64,000 nucleotides of DNA from Carcharhinus amblyrhynchos (GCA_965287045.1 OZ336870.1:113212001-113276000), one strand, 5' to 3'. Positions 24,238-38,337 are shown, counted from the stretch's first letter. The notes: generated by a model from the letters alone, not told the origin. Numbers and translations: made by a program.

Positions 24238-25489
24238 CTGAGAGTGTGGTGGGGACTGGTTCAATCATGGTTTTGAAAAGAGAATTTAATAATTATTTGA
24301 AGAAAAACAACTTGTAAGGCTGTGGGTAAAAGTTAAGCAGGAAATAGTTAGATTTCTAGACTCTAAAGGTGTATGGGGAGAGAGAGCAAGAGTTTGGTGT
24401 TGAGAATATGGATCAGCCATGGTCATATTGAATGGCAGAGCAGACATGAAGGGTCATGTGACTATGTTTACTATATTTCTAAATTGAGAGATTGAGACTG
24501 GGTGAGTTGCTCTTGAAGAGAACCAGTAAGGAGATGACAATCTGAATTGTCTCCTTCTGATTCTGTGATTTTGTGTACCATCTAATAGCTGGTTACACAA
24601 TGATATTTGGCCTTAATCAAGATTGCCCACTGACCTTTGTGACATTTGAGCAGTGTGAGGTAATCTCAAAAAGAGAAACAGTACATTTTCAAAGCATGAT
24701 GATAAATTGTGAAATTTGAAGATAATTGCAAACTGAAATTCATAAACAGACGTGTATGGAATAAATATCTTCATGATTGTTCCTTAAAATACTAGAAAAG
24801 ATGTTTGGTTGGAGATCCGGAGAACAGGGAAGCAGTGATCAACGTTACAAGTGCCTCTATTCAAGATTAGAAAATCATATAAGATAGAAAGCCTACCAAG
24901 TAGAGTGCAAAGAACCATGGTGAAAAATGATATAAAGAATGGTAAAAATGAACTCATACTAATAATTGCCTGTAATATTAATCACAATTATAAACAACAT
25001 ATAGAGGGTACAAAAATCCACTGCAAGGTTTTTAACAGGGGATCTTCCCAGCATTAGTGAAATGTAGGATAGGTGATCTGGTCTTGCTACCATGCTACCA
25101 ACACTGGTGTACATGTGGGTCTTCCAAAGTTCTCTTGATTTGGGAACCCATCCTTTAACTTTATGAAAATAGCTGGGGGAGGGTCATCACTAACTAGAAA
25201 TTTAGCTGGACCAGCCATATGGATACTGTGATTAGAAGGGTAGGTCAGAAGCTGGCAATTCTGCAGTGAGTGACTCACTTTCCGACTCCCCAAAGACTCC
25301 TATCACCCACAAGGCACAAGTTACAAGTGTGGTGGGTTATTCTCTACTTGTCTGCATGAGGGCAGCTCCAACCACACTCAAAAAGCTCAACAACATCCAG
25401 AAAAATGTAGTTCGATTGATTGGTAAATGATGCATCACCTTAAGCATCCCAGTAAAGATATAAAAATACCTAAAGGTTAAGGCCTAAAG

Positions 25490-25930
25490 GAGAGTTGTAC
25501 TTAGACCACACCTGAGTACTGTGCTCAATCTGGGCAGCATTCCTTATTAAGGATATATTGGTCTTGGTAGGAGTGCATGGCAGGTTACCAAAACGATACC
25601 AGGACTGCAAGAGTTAAATTATGAGGAACAGTTATATGAAATTGCTGGGTTTTCCCTATAACACAGAAGGTTAATAGGTGGATTGATCACAGCTTTCAAG
25701 TTGTTAAGGGACACAAGGTTGATCAGAAGAATCTATTTCTCCTGGTTAGGAGTCCAGGACAAAGTGGCACAGTTAAACAAATTAGAGCTAGACATTTCAG
25801 GAGTGAACTTAGGAAATACTTTCTCATTCAAAGGATGATGGAAGTTGGGAATTCTCTTTCACAAATGACAATTGATGTCAATTGATCAATTTTTCTGAGC
25901 CAAAGGCCTATGGGTCAACAGCAAACATAT
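25490..25930 (+). mobile_element. Very old CR1 ORF2 C-terminal fragment
   Basis: TTAGACCACACCTGAGTACTGTGCTCAATCTGGG corresponds to RPHLEYC.Q.W; degraded 'WNSL' region downstream. Confidence 0.7.
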
Positions 25931-26028
25931 GGGCCAGAATTTTACACCTGCCTACCAGTGAGTTTTAGGTATGGGGGTGGGGAGGGTGCAGGCGGTGAGT
26001 GGATAGTGTGAAATTGAGGGACAGGATA

Positions 26029-26352
26029 GGGGTAGCACAGTGGCACAGTGGTTAGCACTGCTGCCACACTGTGCCAGGGACCCGTGTTCAAATCCAGCCT
26101 CGGGTCAGTGCCTATGAGAGGCTTGCGCGTTCTCCCCCATGTCTGCATGGGTTTCCTCCGGGTGCTCCGGTTTCCTCCCACAGTCCAAAGATGTGCGGGT
26201 TAGGTTGATTGGCCATGATAAATGAATCCGATTATCAGGGGGATTAGCAGGGTAAATATGTGGGGTTATGGGAATGGGGCCTGGGTGGGATTGTGGTCAG
26301 TGTAAATTTGATTGTCCAAATGGCCTCATTCTGCACTGTAAAGATTCTATGA
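26029..26352 (+). mobile_element. HE1-type V-SINE inserted in a TIR element that starts at about 25932
   Basis: Well-preserved head, GGGTTTCCTCCGGGTGCTCCGGTTTCCTCCCACAGTCCAAAG core and ATTCTATGATT tail. Confidence 0.92.
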
Positions 26353-26869
26353 TTCCCTCTTGCCACCTGCCCATACAGCCATTTTACGCTGGGATGGGCA
26401 AGGGACTTGAATGAAATGCTCGCCTTTGCCCCAGTTAAGGCCCCTGAGGGCTGTTTTCTACCTAATCTCAATTTTTAGGCTGGTGGAATGATTGACCTTG
26501 CGTAAAGGAAACTCAAAAATCAAAGATCTCAGGCATGAAACAGGGAAGGGGCACGTCTCCATCAGAAGTCCCTCCTGAAGGAAGGAAGCGAGATCCTACC
26601 ATAGAAAAACTTCAGGCCATGGAGTTAGATCACAGATGAGCTATTGAATGGTGGAAAGGCATGAGGGGCTAAATGACCTACTCTCATTTTTATGTTCCTG
26701 TGTGTCCCAGGTAGCTTACCTGGATAATCGCCAGTCAATCATTCAAATCCCTCCACGACACCACACCTCCCTTTCACTGGAACCTCCTCTAGCACTACAA
26801 ACTATTCCTCCCTATCCCCCACCACTCCCCCTATTCCTGAACTATCCAGTCTTATTAGTTTGACCTCTT

Positions 26870-27135
26870 GTGCATTCCCTTCTCCACTATTCACAACTGT
26901 GCCTTCAGCTGTCTGTGCCCTGGAACTAGGAATTCTATCCGTAAGCCCTCCATCAGCTCCAGCTCCAAATTATTCTTGAACAATATTAGCAAAGCCCATT
27001 CCTTTGACAAAGAACTTAGTCCATTTGTTTAGTATATCCATTTTTAGCTCATCATCTCGTTTTCTCTCCTTATACCCCTATGAAATGCCGTGGAACATTT
27101 TTCTTGGTTAAAAACATAATATGCAAGTTTTGTTT
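26870..27135 (+). mobile_element. L2 LINE 3' end, old
   Basis: GTGCCTTCAGCTGTC...CTTTGACAAAG...AATATGCAAGTTTTGTT, similar to the L2 end at 18350-18490 and 20813-20897. Confidence 0.65.
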
Positions 27136-27931
27136 ATTAATGACATTAATGTTGAATGTGTGCTGTATTTCGCAGTCAAATCAAAATCTGAGTATCTTTC
27201 CCCATGTTAGAGTTGAAGTTAGTAGATTTAATGAAGGAATAGAGTTAAATGTATCACCACATTACCGACAGAGGCTGAATAACTGGAGGGCCTCAGTCAT
27301 AAATCAGAATGTGCTCAGTTTTCCTCAAGTCATTTTGCAGAAAAAGTGCACACGCTGTTGCTAGTTTAACAAACTTTCAACATTTATATCACTTGAGTGG
27401 CTCATTTGCTGCCTAAGAAGCATTAAAGAACCATTAGTATGGGTGCATTGAGAATTATCTCCTATTTTTCACCAACACCGGCAATCAGGAATCAATGCAT
27501 CAAAGCTGTACATTCCTATAATTTTGTTAATGAATCAGTAATCACTATTAAAAATTGTCAATTTCCTGTTTTTCTAATGAAAGGTTAAAATCAAACCCAG
27601 GTTTGATTATTGTCTCTTCTCACAGTTATGGTCAACCAGTTACAAGCTTATATGACATTTTCTTGGTTGTCACTTATCGTGAGAAAACGTAATGGTTTTT
27701 GTTTGCATTGTATCTTAAAATGCACATTGAAACTGAACAGATGACAAGGATGCACCAGTGCTCAATCTGAAGTGCACCCCTCCAGTATACAGTATAGTCT
27801 GATACTGATCAATAAATCCAACATCTCCTTAACTGTCTCAGCCATGGTTTTCTGACCAGTACTTCCTGTTACTCTATGCTTGGAGCATCCAACTGAGACA
27901 TCAGTTCGATAATTTGTCTCATTTTTGTCTC

Positions 27932-28537
27932 ATCACATGTAGCCCAGAGCAGGCAAGGTTGGCAGATTTCCTTTCCAAAGGGCCATTAGTGAACAAGGTG
28001 TGTGTTTACGATAATCAATGGGTGTTTCATGGTCACCATTACTGAGATGGAGTTCTCAGGTTTTATTGGATTTAAGTTCCACCAGATGCTGTGGTGAGGT
28101 TTGAACTGATTTTTTTAAAATTCATTTTTAGGGATGTATTCGTTGTTGGCTGGGCCAGCGTTTATTTGCCCCTCCCCAACTGCCTTCCATTTCAGGGGGC
28201 ATTTCAGAATCAACCACATTGTGGTGGATCTGGGGTTACATGTAGGTCAGACCGGGTAAGATGACAGATTTCCTTTCTTTAAAGGTCATTAGTGAACCAG
28301 ACGGGTTTTTAATAACAATCAACAATGACTTCATGATCATCATTAGACTTTTAATTCCAGACTTTTTTCTTATGCCATGGTGGGATATGAACCTAGTTCC
28401 CCAAGCCCTGGATCACTGAGTTACTCACCCAGTGAAAAAAACACTATGCCACCACTTGCCCCGACCGTAGAATGTCCTCAGAGCTTTTGCTTGGGTGTTA
28501 GGTTAGTCGTCCAGTGACAATTCTACTGCATCACCAT
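27932..28537 (-). mobile_element. tRNA-derived SINE (family C) nested in an older copy of the same family
   Basis: Inner copy about 28110-28460; the core GGCAGATTTCCTT...CATTAGTGAAC occurs twice (about 27961 and 28264); the outer head remnant is at 28470-28537. Confidence 0.75.
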
Positions 28538-29162
28538 GATGATGGTAAGAAAATCCATTTCATCTTTTACAATAGAACCGTTATAAATGCCCTTTACCCT
28601 GTACCATTCACACTTTCTAAAGTTTGAGATTTGACCAGGAGTTGTCAGTATTAAGACAGTTTGATCCAACTATATGTATTGTCAGAAAAGGTCTTGTTCC
28701 GGCATCATCAACTAGGCTTTATTGCACACAATCAAAAGCTAATTCTAATGATAAGTGACGATTTTTTAAAAATAATTATAACAATTTGAAGTTATATTTC
28801 CCATATTTTATAGTAATTACCAAAATACAATGCAAGACAGCTTATATTATCATATGGAGGATGTCATCAGCAAGCCTGCAGCGCTAAACTAACCCTAATG
28901 AAACAGCATGGAGACATGATGCTATGACCTGCATTAACTGTAGGCCCTGTATGGCTGGATGAAAGAGGCTGATTTGTTGTTTATTATTCACTTAACAGAG
29001 ACTTTAGGATAGAACAGCTATTGACTGTGTTATAAGTCAAAGACCCATGGCTTGTATAGAATCTATCACCTGCCATCCATGCTGAAACAAGCATTATCCC
29101 ACCTCATTCACCTGACAGCTTGTGCTGCAACAGACGCCTTATCAAACGTGACTGATTACTGT

Positions 29163-29318
29163 NNNNNNNNNNNNNNNNNNNNNNNNNNNNNNNNNNNNNN
29201 NNNNNNNNNNNNNNNNNNNNNNNNNNNNNNNNNNNNNNNNNNNNNNNNNNNNNNNNNNNNNNNNNNNNNNNNNNNNNNNNNNNNNNNNNNNNNNNNNNNN
29301 NNNNNNNNNNNNNNNNNN
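29163..29318. other. Assembly gap (156 N)
   Basis: Run of N characters. Confidence 1.
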
Positions 29319-29685
29319 GAGAGGTACAACATGTCAGAAAGCTTTGGGGAAGGAAGGAAGCCAGATGACATGTGACAAAGTGTCTGCAAAATGGAGCATG
29401 AAGCACTAAAACCAACAGTGAAGGTGATGTGAGTATAGGCCACAGTGGAGGAGGGAGCATTATTGTCCTTGCCGTTTCAATCACTCGAACAGACGCAAGA
29501 CTAAAACCATCCTGTCATTTTGTATTGTTAAAATGACCAGTCAATGTTGTGCCCATTATAGTCCATATACATCACCCAAATTAATTTAGAGTAGTGAAGT
29601 TCCATAATCCTCTTTGGTCATCTGAAATAGCCATATTCATTTTAAATATGCTTATTCAGCAAATTTAGTGATTTGACACATGTTG

Positions 29686-29808
29686 GGCGGAATTTTATGG
29701 CGTCATTTGACCCAAGAATGAAAAATTCCACCCGAGGTCATCGGACATTTCCATTGTCTGCCCCTCACCCGCCCCGATTCCACAGAGGACGGGACACTAA
29801 AATTCCAG
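29686..29808. mobile_element. Harbinger-like MITE
   Basis: GGCGGAATTTTA...TAAAATTCCAG inverted termini; reverse orientation of the 24110 type. Confidence 0.65.
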
Positions 29809-29976
29809 ATGTTATTTCTGTTGTACTTGGAAATAGGGTGAAGGTAGCAGAATGTCTTTGAGACAATATTCATGGCAGCATCAGCAATATCTCTTCCTGT
29901 TTGTGGCCGGTGCCACTGACCCTTGTACATCGGATTTAGTTCAACGGCCCATCCTGCCAGTTTAATACTGAAGTGC

Positions 29977-30117
29977 TGAAAGACACGCTGATTAGGTGCA
30001 TGCTAAATTCACCCTCAGTGTACTCGAACAGGCACAGAAGTGTGGCAACTTGGAGATTTTCATAGTAACTTCATTGTAATGTTAATGTAAGCCTACTTGT
30101 GACACCAATAAATAACT
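29977..30117 (+). mobile_element. V-SINE variant 3' fragment
   Basis: CTCAGTGTACTCGAACAGG...GTAAGCCTACTTGTGACACCAATAAATAAC tail. Confidence 0.8.
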
Positions 30118-30324
30118 TCTTAAAAAATTTAAATACTGTGCAATTCTCCCAAACATCATTCTTTCTGCTCAGCAGGGACAACACTTTGGCTTATTTTTAG
30201 TCATCATCTGGGTTATTTAATGATACCAAAATGTAGTTTTTTGCTCTCTTCTGTTATAGCAATTATAAAGTATGATTCCCTTCTAAACAATTTTACCATG
30301 TGTATTCAGAGTCAAATTATAATA

Positions 30325-30835
30325 TTCAACAACACCAGCATCTTCCATTATATCACACATCTGATGTAGTCAAAACATCCAAATGTGTTTCACAGGACTG
30401 TCATCAAGTAATTTTATTTGAACCATGTGATAAGATATTAGGGTAGGTGTAGCCAAAAGCTCAGTCTAAGTGTTCAGGTGTAACTTAAGGGGCAGGATGG
30501 AGGGGAGAGAGATAGAGCAGTGAAGTGGTTTGGGGTAGGATTTTCAGAGTTTTGGGCTGAGGTTACTGAAGGCACGGCCAGCAGTGACGGATTGATACAA
30601 TTTGAGGATAGGCAAGAGGCTAGCATTGAATGAGCACTGAAATTTTAGAGATGAGGGCATGAAGTGATTTGAACACATGGATAAAAACTGAAAACTGAAG
30701 CATTGTCAAACCAGGAGTCAATGTTTGTCAGTGAACACAGAGATGGAATGTGATTGGGACTTCATGCATGTCAAGATATGAGCAACAGAGCTTTGGATGA
30801 ATTCAGCTTTAGGGAGGGTGGATGGTGGGAGACTG
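30325..30835 (-). mobile_element. L2 LINE 3' region, old
   Basis: Reverse complement of the L2 end seen at 18100-18490 (CCAAAAGCTCAGTC, GCTGAGGTTACTGAAGGCACGGCC, GGAGTCAATGTTTGTCAG). Confidence 0.7.
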
Positions 30836-31925
30836 ACCTACTTAAGTCTTTTGTAAAACTATTGCTTTGGTGAAGGATCACTGGTACTACCAGTATAGTT
30901 CAGTAAAGGAGTATAATAAAGTAAGAAAAAACTGGTCCAGTAGACAATAGGGAAAAGAGAAATAGAGGAAGAGAAGGATAGGTCAAGGCTGGGGTTCTTT
31001 ATAAAAATTCTAAGTCCCCAATTCACGTGAAAATAGACGTAACTCCCATCTTTTTTTAAGCGGGATTTTCAGATTGAATTCCGACACTTTGTGCATCGCA
31101 GAATGTCCTAGCAGGATTCCCTCTGAAAATCGAGGGTGTGGCCTATTCCCACCCAATTTGTCAATGTAATCCCATTTCCTTGTTATTTTTCCATTACCCT
31201 CCCAACATTATGTTCTCTTATATACTGATTCAATCACCTTTTGAAACTTGTTGCTTAAAATCTTAATCCTCATTATGCCTTTGGTTCTTTTGCCAATTCC
31301 ATTAAATTAATGATAATTGAACATTTTGCCATTGCAAAAAGTAGTTGACCAAAACCCTTCATGATTTTGAACATCTCAATTATATCCTGCTTAACATTTC
31401 TCTGCTTTAAGGAGGAAAGCTAGCTTTTTCACAGAACCAAATTCTTGTATTCCATTCTCTTTAGCACCCTCTCTGTGGCCTTGACATCTTCCCAAATTGT
31501 AGCCACAAGAGCCCAGTTTGGACCTGTCCAGTGTTACATTCTGAACTTTTTGGCCAAAATTTTCCTGTCCCTGATTGGACAGGAACAGAGGGGCAATAGC
31601 AAAAAGAATGGATGCCAGGCAATAGTACCAGAAAGCCCGCTTCCATTACCACCCTCCACCACTTTCCCCAATGTAAAGGAGGGAGGAGGCACCTCACAGG
31701 CCTATTCATTGGAAGGAACTAATTTACACCATTTTGGGCTCACAAGCCCGTTTCTGGAAACTTTTTAAACAATTTTCAGCCTGGCTGCTGTTCAGTAGCT
31801 GCCTGGTTTCAGACCTGCTGAATGGAGGCAAGAACAATGAGATGGAGACGGGAAGAGCTTTAAAAAGATTGGTGAAATGGTTATGCCTCACAGAATTTAA
31901 CAGGATTAAATTCTAATTCTCCCCG

Positions 31926-32815
31926 AAGAGTCTGCAGAAGGATCTAGATAGGCTGGGCGAATGGGCCGGGAAATGGCAAATGGAATTTAATGTTGGCAAG
32001 TGTGAGGTGGTCCACTTTGGTAGGAAGAATGGTAGGAAGGACTATTACTTACGGGGCGAAAAACTGCAGCAGGCGACGGTGCAGAGGGACCTCGGGGTCC
32101 TTGTGCATGAGTCGCAAAAACCCAGCTTGCAGGTGCAGCAGGTGGTCAGGAAGGCAAATGGGATGCTGGCCTTCATAGCGAGGGGGATTGAATATAAAAG
32201 TAGGGAGGTCTTGCTGCGGCTGTATAGAGCATTGGTGAGGCCGCAGCTGGAGTACTGTGTGCAGTTTTGGGCGCCACACCTGCGCAAAGATATTTTGGCC
32301 TTGGAGGGAGTGCAGAGGAGGTTTACTAGGCTGATGCCGGAGTTGAGGGGGTTGAGCTATGAGGAGAGGCTGAATAAACTAGGCTTGTACTCGTTAGAGT
32401 TTAGAAGAATGAGGGGAGATCTCATTGAGACGTATAAGATGATGAATGGGATGGATAGGATAGAGGTGGAGAGACTCTTCCCGCTCAAAAAAGACAGTAG
32501 AACTAGGGGGCACAGCCTCAAGATAAAAGGGGGGCGGTTCAGAACGGAGTTGAGGAGGAACTTCTTCACTCAAAGGGTGGTGAATCTCTGGAATTCTCTG
32601 CCCGTTGAAGTGGTGGAGGCTACCTCGCTAAATATTTTTAAGACGCGGGTTGATGGGTTTTTGATAAGAGAGGGGATTAAGGGTTATGGGGAGAGGGCGG
32701 GAAAGTGGAACTGAGCCACGACAGATCAGCCATGATCTTATTGAATGGCGGGGCAGGCTCGAAGGGCTAGATGGCCTACTCCTGCTCCTATTTCTTATGT
32801 TCTTATGTTCTTATG
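31926..32815 (+). mobile_element. Young CR1 (subfamily A), 0.89 kb, open ORF2 C-terminus
   Basis: ORF 31980-32714 is uninterrupted and CpG-rich; (TTCTTATG)x3 tail. Confidence 0.97.
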
Positions 32816-33294
32816 AATTGCATTTAACTTTTGTTAACTGTGCAGTTTTAAATTTATGTTTCAAACATATCCAGCAATAACCTACATTTTTTAACTAGAA
32901 TGTTTAAAGTGACTAAATTTGATGTAATTGTTTCTATCATGATGTTCGCTCTGTTAAAATGATGGAAATGTAAAGATTTTCAAATAGTTCTTCTTTCATC
33001 TTTCTGGAAACAAATTTGCTGAGTACAGCCATTATGCAATTTGAAATACAGCACATCTCCATGGATGGCATGAATAAATTTTGTATCTTTTAAAGTTGCC
33101 CAACCTGGGATTATGTGTATCTCAATCTTGTTCGTAAACCTAAGAGCAGCTTTCAAATTGTAACTTCTGCTGGCGTTCAGACATGGGTTCCTCCTGGGCC
33201 ATAGGCAGGATGTCTGATAATGAGGAAGCACATTGTCGATGCTTACTCCACCGGCTCTCCAGATAATGAAAGGTAATCTTCAGGCAGGAAACAA

Positions 33295-34614
33295 TTTTTA
33301 TTCATTAATGGGGTTTGACGATTGTCCATAGTCCAGCATTTATTGCCCATACCTAATTGCCTCTGGGAATTGGTGGTGAGCTGCCTAACCACTGCAGTCC
33401 ACATGGTGTAGATACACCAATAGTGCTGTAAAGGAAGTTCCAGGGTTTTGATCCAGGAACATCGATATATCTCCAAGTCAAGATGGTGAGTGACTTGGAG
33501 GACAACATCCAGGTGACAGTTTTTCACCCTTTTCCTTCTAGATGTAGTGGTCATGGGTTTGAAAGGTGCAGCCTGAGCCTTATTGAGTTGCTGCAGTTCA
33601 ACCTGTAGATAGTACACACTGCTGCCACTGTTCGTTGGTGGTGAAGGGAGTGAATGTTTGTGGAAGGGGTGCCAATCAAGTGGGCTGCTTTGTCTTGGAA
33701 TATGTTAAGCTTCTCGAATATTCTTGAAGTTCCACACATACAGCCAAGTGGAGAGTATTTCATCACATTCTTGACCTATGCCTTGTAAATTGTTGACAGG
33801 ATTTGGAGAGTCAGGAGTTGAGTTACTCACCACAGAATTTCTAGCCTCTGACCTGCTCTCGTAGCCACAGTATGTGGCCTGTCAATGTAATCTCTAGGAT
33901 GTTAATCATGGGGGATTCAGTGATGGTAATGCCTTTGAATGTCACGGGGCAATGGTTAGATTCTCACTTGTTGGAGATGAATATTGCCTGGCGTTTGTGT
34001 GGCATGAACTTTACTTGTCATTTGTGAGCCCAAGCCTGGCCATTGTCCAGGTCTTGCAGCGTTTGGACATGGACTGCTTCAGTATCTAAGAAGTTATGAA
34101 TGGTGCTGAACATCGTGCAATCATCAGTGAATGTCCTCCCTTCTGACCAGGGCTGGGATTCCCCAGTGTCGTTCATGCCCACCCTGCTGCAAGTGAAAAC
34201 AAAGAATTTGGCGTCCCAGCCAAAACTTCATTCATTTTCATTGGCACTGGAAAATCCCAGCCGTGAATAAAAACTCTTGATCGAAGGAAAGTTATTGATG
34301 AATCAGCTGAAGATGGTTGGGCTTAGAACATTGCCCTGAACAACGCCTGTCTTGGAACCGACCGCTAATAACCTCCACCATATTTCTTTGTGCCAGATAT
34401 GATTCCAACCAGCGGACAGGTTTCCCCTGATTCTAACTGATTACAATTTTACTGGGGATCCCTGGTGCCACACTCAGTCATGTGCTGCCTTGATGTCAAG
34501 AGCTGTCACTCTCACCTCCCCTCTGGAATTCAGTTCCTTTTACATGCTTGAACTAAGGCTGTAATGAGGTCAGGAGCGAAGTGACCATAGTGGAAGCCAA
34601 AATGAGCATCAGTA
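33295..34614 (-). mobile_element. Divergent CR1-group LINE (family C), degraded, split by a MITE
   Basis: Minus strand encodes ALDIKAAHD*VWHQG, FTDDCTMF and MKYSPL...QDKAAHLIGTP; the tail GGGCAATAAATGCTGG...TGAATAAAAA is shared with SINE family C. Confidence 0.8.
34151..34262. mobile_element. Harbinger-like MITE
   Basis: TIRs GGCTGGGATT / AATCCCAGCC (10-bp perfect); interrupts the LINE. Confidence 0.75.
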
Positions 34615-35205
34615 AATACAAACATACAAAATAGTAGCAGAAGTTGACCATCCAGCCCCTTGAGCCTGATCTGTCATTGAATAAGATCATAGCTGACTTG
34701 TTTGTGCTTCAAGTTCCTCTTTCCAGACTAGACCAATAACCTTTGATTTCTTTGTCTAACAAGAATCTATCTACCTCTGCCTTAAAAACATTCAATGACA
34801 CTGTTTTCACCACCTTCTGAGGCAGAGAGTTCCAAAATGCACAACCCTCTGAGAGAAAATAATTCTCCTCATTTTTGTCTGATGAGGAGGACAACAATAT
34901 TACAACATTGCCCCCAGTCCTAGACTCAGCCACGAAAGAGGACACCCTTTCCACGCCTACTTTGTCAATACTTTTCAGGATCTTGCATACTTCAATCAAA
35001 GCATTCCTTACTCTTTTAAGCTCCAGTGGAAACAAGCCCAACCCTTCCAACCTTTCCTCATAAGGCAACCTGCTTATTCCAGGTATCAATCTAGTAAACT
35101 TCTCCTGGTTTGCCTCCAAAGCATTTGCACCCTTCCTTAAATAAGGACACCAAAATTGCACACAGTGTTTAAGATGCAATTTCCCCAGTTCCCTGTATAT
35201 CTGAA
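34615..35205 (-). mobile_element. Old CR1 3' region
   Basis: ORF 34709-35239 (HLKHCVQFWCPYLRK...FWNSLPQKVV) and 3' UTR. Confidence 0.85.
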
Positions 35206-38200
35206 GCAGGGAGGAAAAACAGTGGGATGGGTCCTTCAATTATCACAGCCTGTCCAGGAACAAGGCACTTTTTCCATTCACTGATCAGGGTTAAGCCTGT
35301 CAGGTGGCACATTGGCCTCTCCCACCACCCATTAAATCAGAGCAATGATGTGATGAAGCGCTTAATTGGGCATTAAATACCCTCTTAAGAGCCTCAGTTT
35401 TGTCACAGGTCAGCAGCCTGCCTGACAGCTCTCTTGCAGATATGTGACAGGGAGGGGCTGAGTGGGCAGGCTGGAGTCACCCATAAATATCAGCCCATTG
35501 CATCTGCACATATTAAAAGAAATGAGAGAAGAGAGGTACAATTGCATATACAAAAAATTATTAGAAAAGAAATAGTGACGGAGGATGTAAAGAGATTGCT
35601 TTATCTACAAAGGAAGAATGAACAAGTCCAGGGAACCAAAGGCCAATTAGTTTAACATCAGTGGTGGGAAAGATCTTCATTCGAAGATTATCTAGAAACT
35701 GAAAATTAATAAATTATCAGCACTGATTTCAAAAAGAAAGATCATACTTGACCAAAAATATTTTTTGAAGAAGAAATTGAAAGGGAAGATAAAGGCTATG
35801 AGGTGGTTATAATACGTTTGGATTTTCAAAATACTTCTGCATAGTCATATCTATCAGCAACTTCTATCAATCACCCATAAGTTTCATAGAATCTTCACAT
35901 GCTTTTCATTGCTGCTAACTCACAGTGTGCACACTAGGTTGGCTATTCAACCATGGTAATAACATCAGGCAAACACTGCTACTCTTATCTCTTTTTTGAA
36001 GATCAAGGCATAGCATATCCACAGACAACAGGAGCTAACTGGATGGCGGAGGTATTTACATATCCTGACATTCAAAGAGGAGATAGTACTGGGCCATTAT
36101 TAGCAATTCAGTCCCTGAGGCCTTGGCTAGGAGAAGTTCTGAAATCACAGAAGATGGCAGCATCCTCATATCTAACCCTTCTTCACACATCCCAATCCCC
36201 AGCATCATATACTCATATCTAATTTACAAGTTGCAAATGGTGTAAGCATGCCCTTCTTACTTACCTGGTCCCTACATCCCAACTGAATCGTGCGAGAGAT
36301 CAGGTAGAAAAATTACCCCTGAACACCTTGGGTTGAAATGACTCTCTGCTGAGGATCTACTCCTCCTCCTCTTCTCTCTTCAAGGGTTTTTCCTGCTCTG
36401 TTTGACCTCTGTTGATTTCCCAAGTCACACTATATTCAAAATAGAATGTCCACTGGACACCCTTATCTGGGAGCAACTGGTTTGTGAAGAAGTATGAAGT
36501 CAGCAAGAAGTCATTTAGCAGCTGCCATACAACCACTCCCCGTAGATATTTGCACTTGAAACAACAAAAGAAGACATCAAATGCTTGTAGAATTAAAGCA
36601 ACAGCCAGAAGAAACCAACCAGGAAATAACTTGTAGGTAGTCCAGCATGCCTTTAAATAGTGCTGGTAGTGGGATTAAGGGATTGATATGGGTTGTACTT
36701 CCATCCTGCTGTAGGGCATAAGTTCAGTCATGTGTGATTAACGAATAGTGTTAGTTGGAGTAATGAACTCTACATTGGCTGTGTTGTTGTCAAATCAGCG
36801 TTGCGTGTGTGCTCATTGACATCAATGTCTGCCCACTCTGCAAACTCCTGACAAGTGTTCACTGTGTATGTGCTAACACCTTTCCCAAAATGGCACCAGG
36901 TGTAACTCACCCTAGAGGTGCATGGATGTGCCTCACATGGCATTTTTCGACCTCAAATGGTACCTGTAGCCCCCTGTCACATGGCGCTTATGGGGAAGAC
37001 CAGAACTAGAAGCCATACATATTAGACAGTCATTAATAAATCTAAAAGGCAACTCCAGAGAAATTTCTTTATGCCATATTTTTCACAACCAGATCAGTCA
37101 TGATCTTACTGACTGACAGATCAGGTTCTAAGGGCCAAATGCCTACTCCTGCTCCTAAATCCTATAATCCTATGAGTGGTTAGAAGATGGTACTTGTTAC
37201 TGTCAGGAGTGGTTGAGATAACTATTAACATACATTGATGGAGTTAGTTGAAGAGGGTTGGAGGAGACTCAAGTGGAACACTGTTGGGCTGAATGTTTCA
37301 TTTACATGTTGTATATAATCTATAAGTGGAATAAGAACAAGATGTGGGATGAGGAGTATTTATTTTAGTATGCAGGGATTTGCTATAATCTGGAACTAAT
37401 TGTATGAAACTGTTGTGGAAACAAACTCAGTAATAACTTTCAAAGCGGAATTGAATATATACTTTAAATGTGAAAAGAACTGCAGGTCTGTGGGGTAAGA
37501 GTAGTGAAGTGAGACTAATTGGAAAGTTCACTCAAAGAGCTGGCACAGGCAAATGGGCACAATGGCGTCCTCCTGGGTTGTAAAATTCTAAAATGTTGTG
37601 ATTCTAACTTAGCATCTCACTGCCCAGGATGGAATGACCTGTGTTGAAACCTGCACAGATATGTACAGAATGGTGTTCCTTGCTGCAAAATGCAAGGCAT
37701 TTTGTTGCTATTGAGGCTTGTAGTAACTTCCTGGAACTCAACTGGAAGAAAAGAAGCAGATTATTATCAGTCCTGGGGCAAGTGCAGCCAGAAAATCCTG
37801 CCATAAGTGTCAATTTAACATGGCCGATGCATCTAACCCAAGGCCAGAATCAAACCCGGATCCCTGGCGCTGTGAGGCAGCAGTGCTAACCACTGTATTA
37901 CCATGTCACCCCAACCCTTCAAGTGCAATACTACTGAGCATCAACTATCATAAAGTGTGTGAGGGAGGAAGGGAATGATTTAGTACAAAAAAACGAGAAA
38001 AATGGCGCTAACTTTATGCTTGAGGGACCCACTGAACTTCTCCGTCACCTTCAAAGCTCAATGATCTCCTGAGTAACTTCTTTAAGATCTGTCAGTACGC
38101 ATGATTTCCAAGTACTATCCTGCTGGCTGGGGTTGTTCACACCTGGTGGTTGTAGCTGTCTTCTGCAATATATTATTCCAATTCTCTGAAGAACATGTAG

Positions 38201-38337
38201 TGACAGCCTAGTACCATGTTGCTGCCCATTTCAGCCATGTTTACACAAGCATGTAATTTGTAACAGAACTGAGATCAAATAAATCTTTCAAGGTGAATTC
38301 CTGTAAGACTATGAGAGAATGAAGAATTATAAAAAGG

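Noticed and set aside
26029-26100. tRNA-like A and B boxes
   Set aside because: SINE head continuing into the V-domain; no complete cloverleaf or terminator, so not a tRNA gene. The same applies to the other SINE heads.
29052-29484. ORFs spanning the N run
   Set aside because: Artefacts of translating the assembly gap.
35950-37010. Possible Harbinger transposase and Myb/SANT remnants (minus strand LSRESFQPKVFRGNFS)
   Set aside because: Resemblance is faint and no catalytic motifs can be read; needs a profile HMM search.
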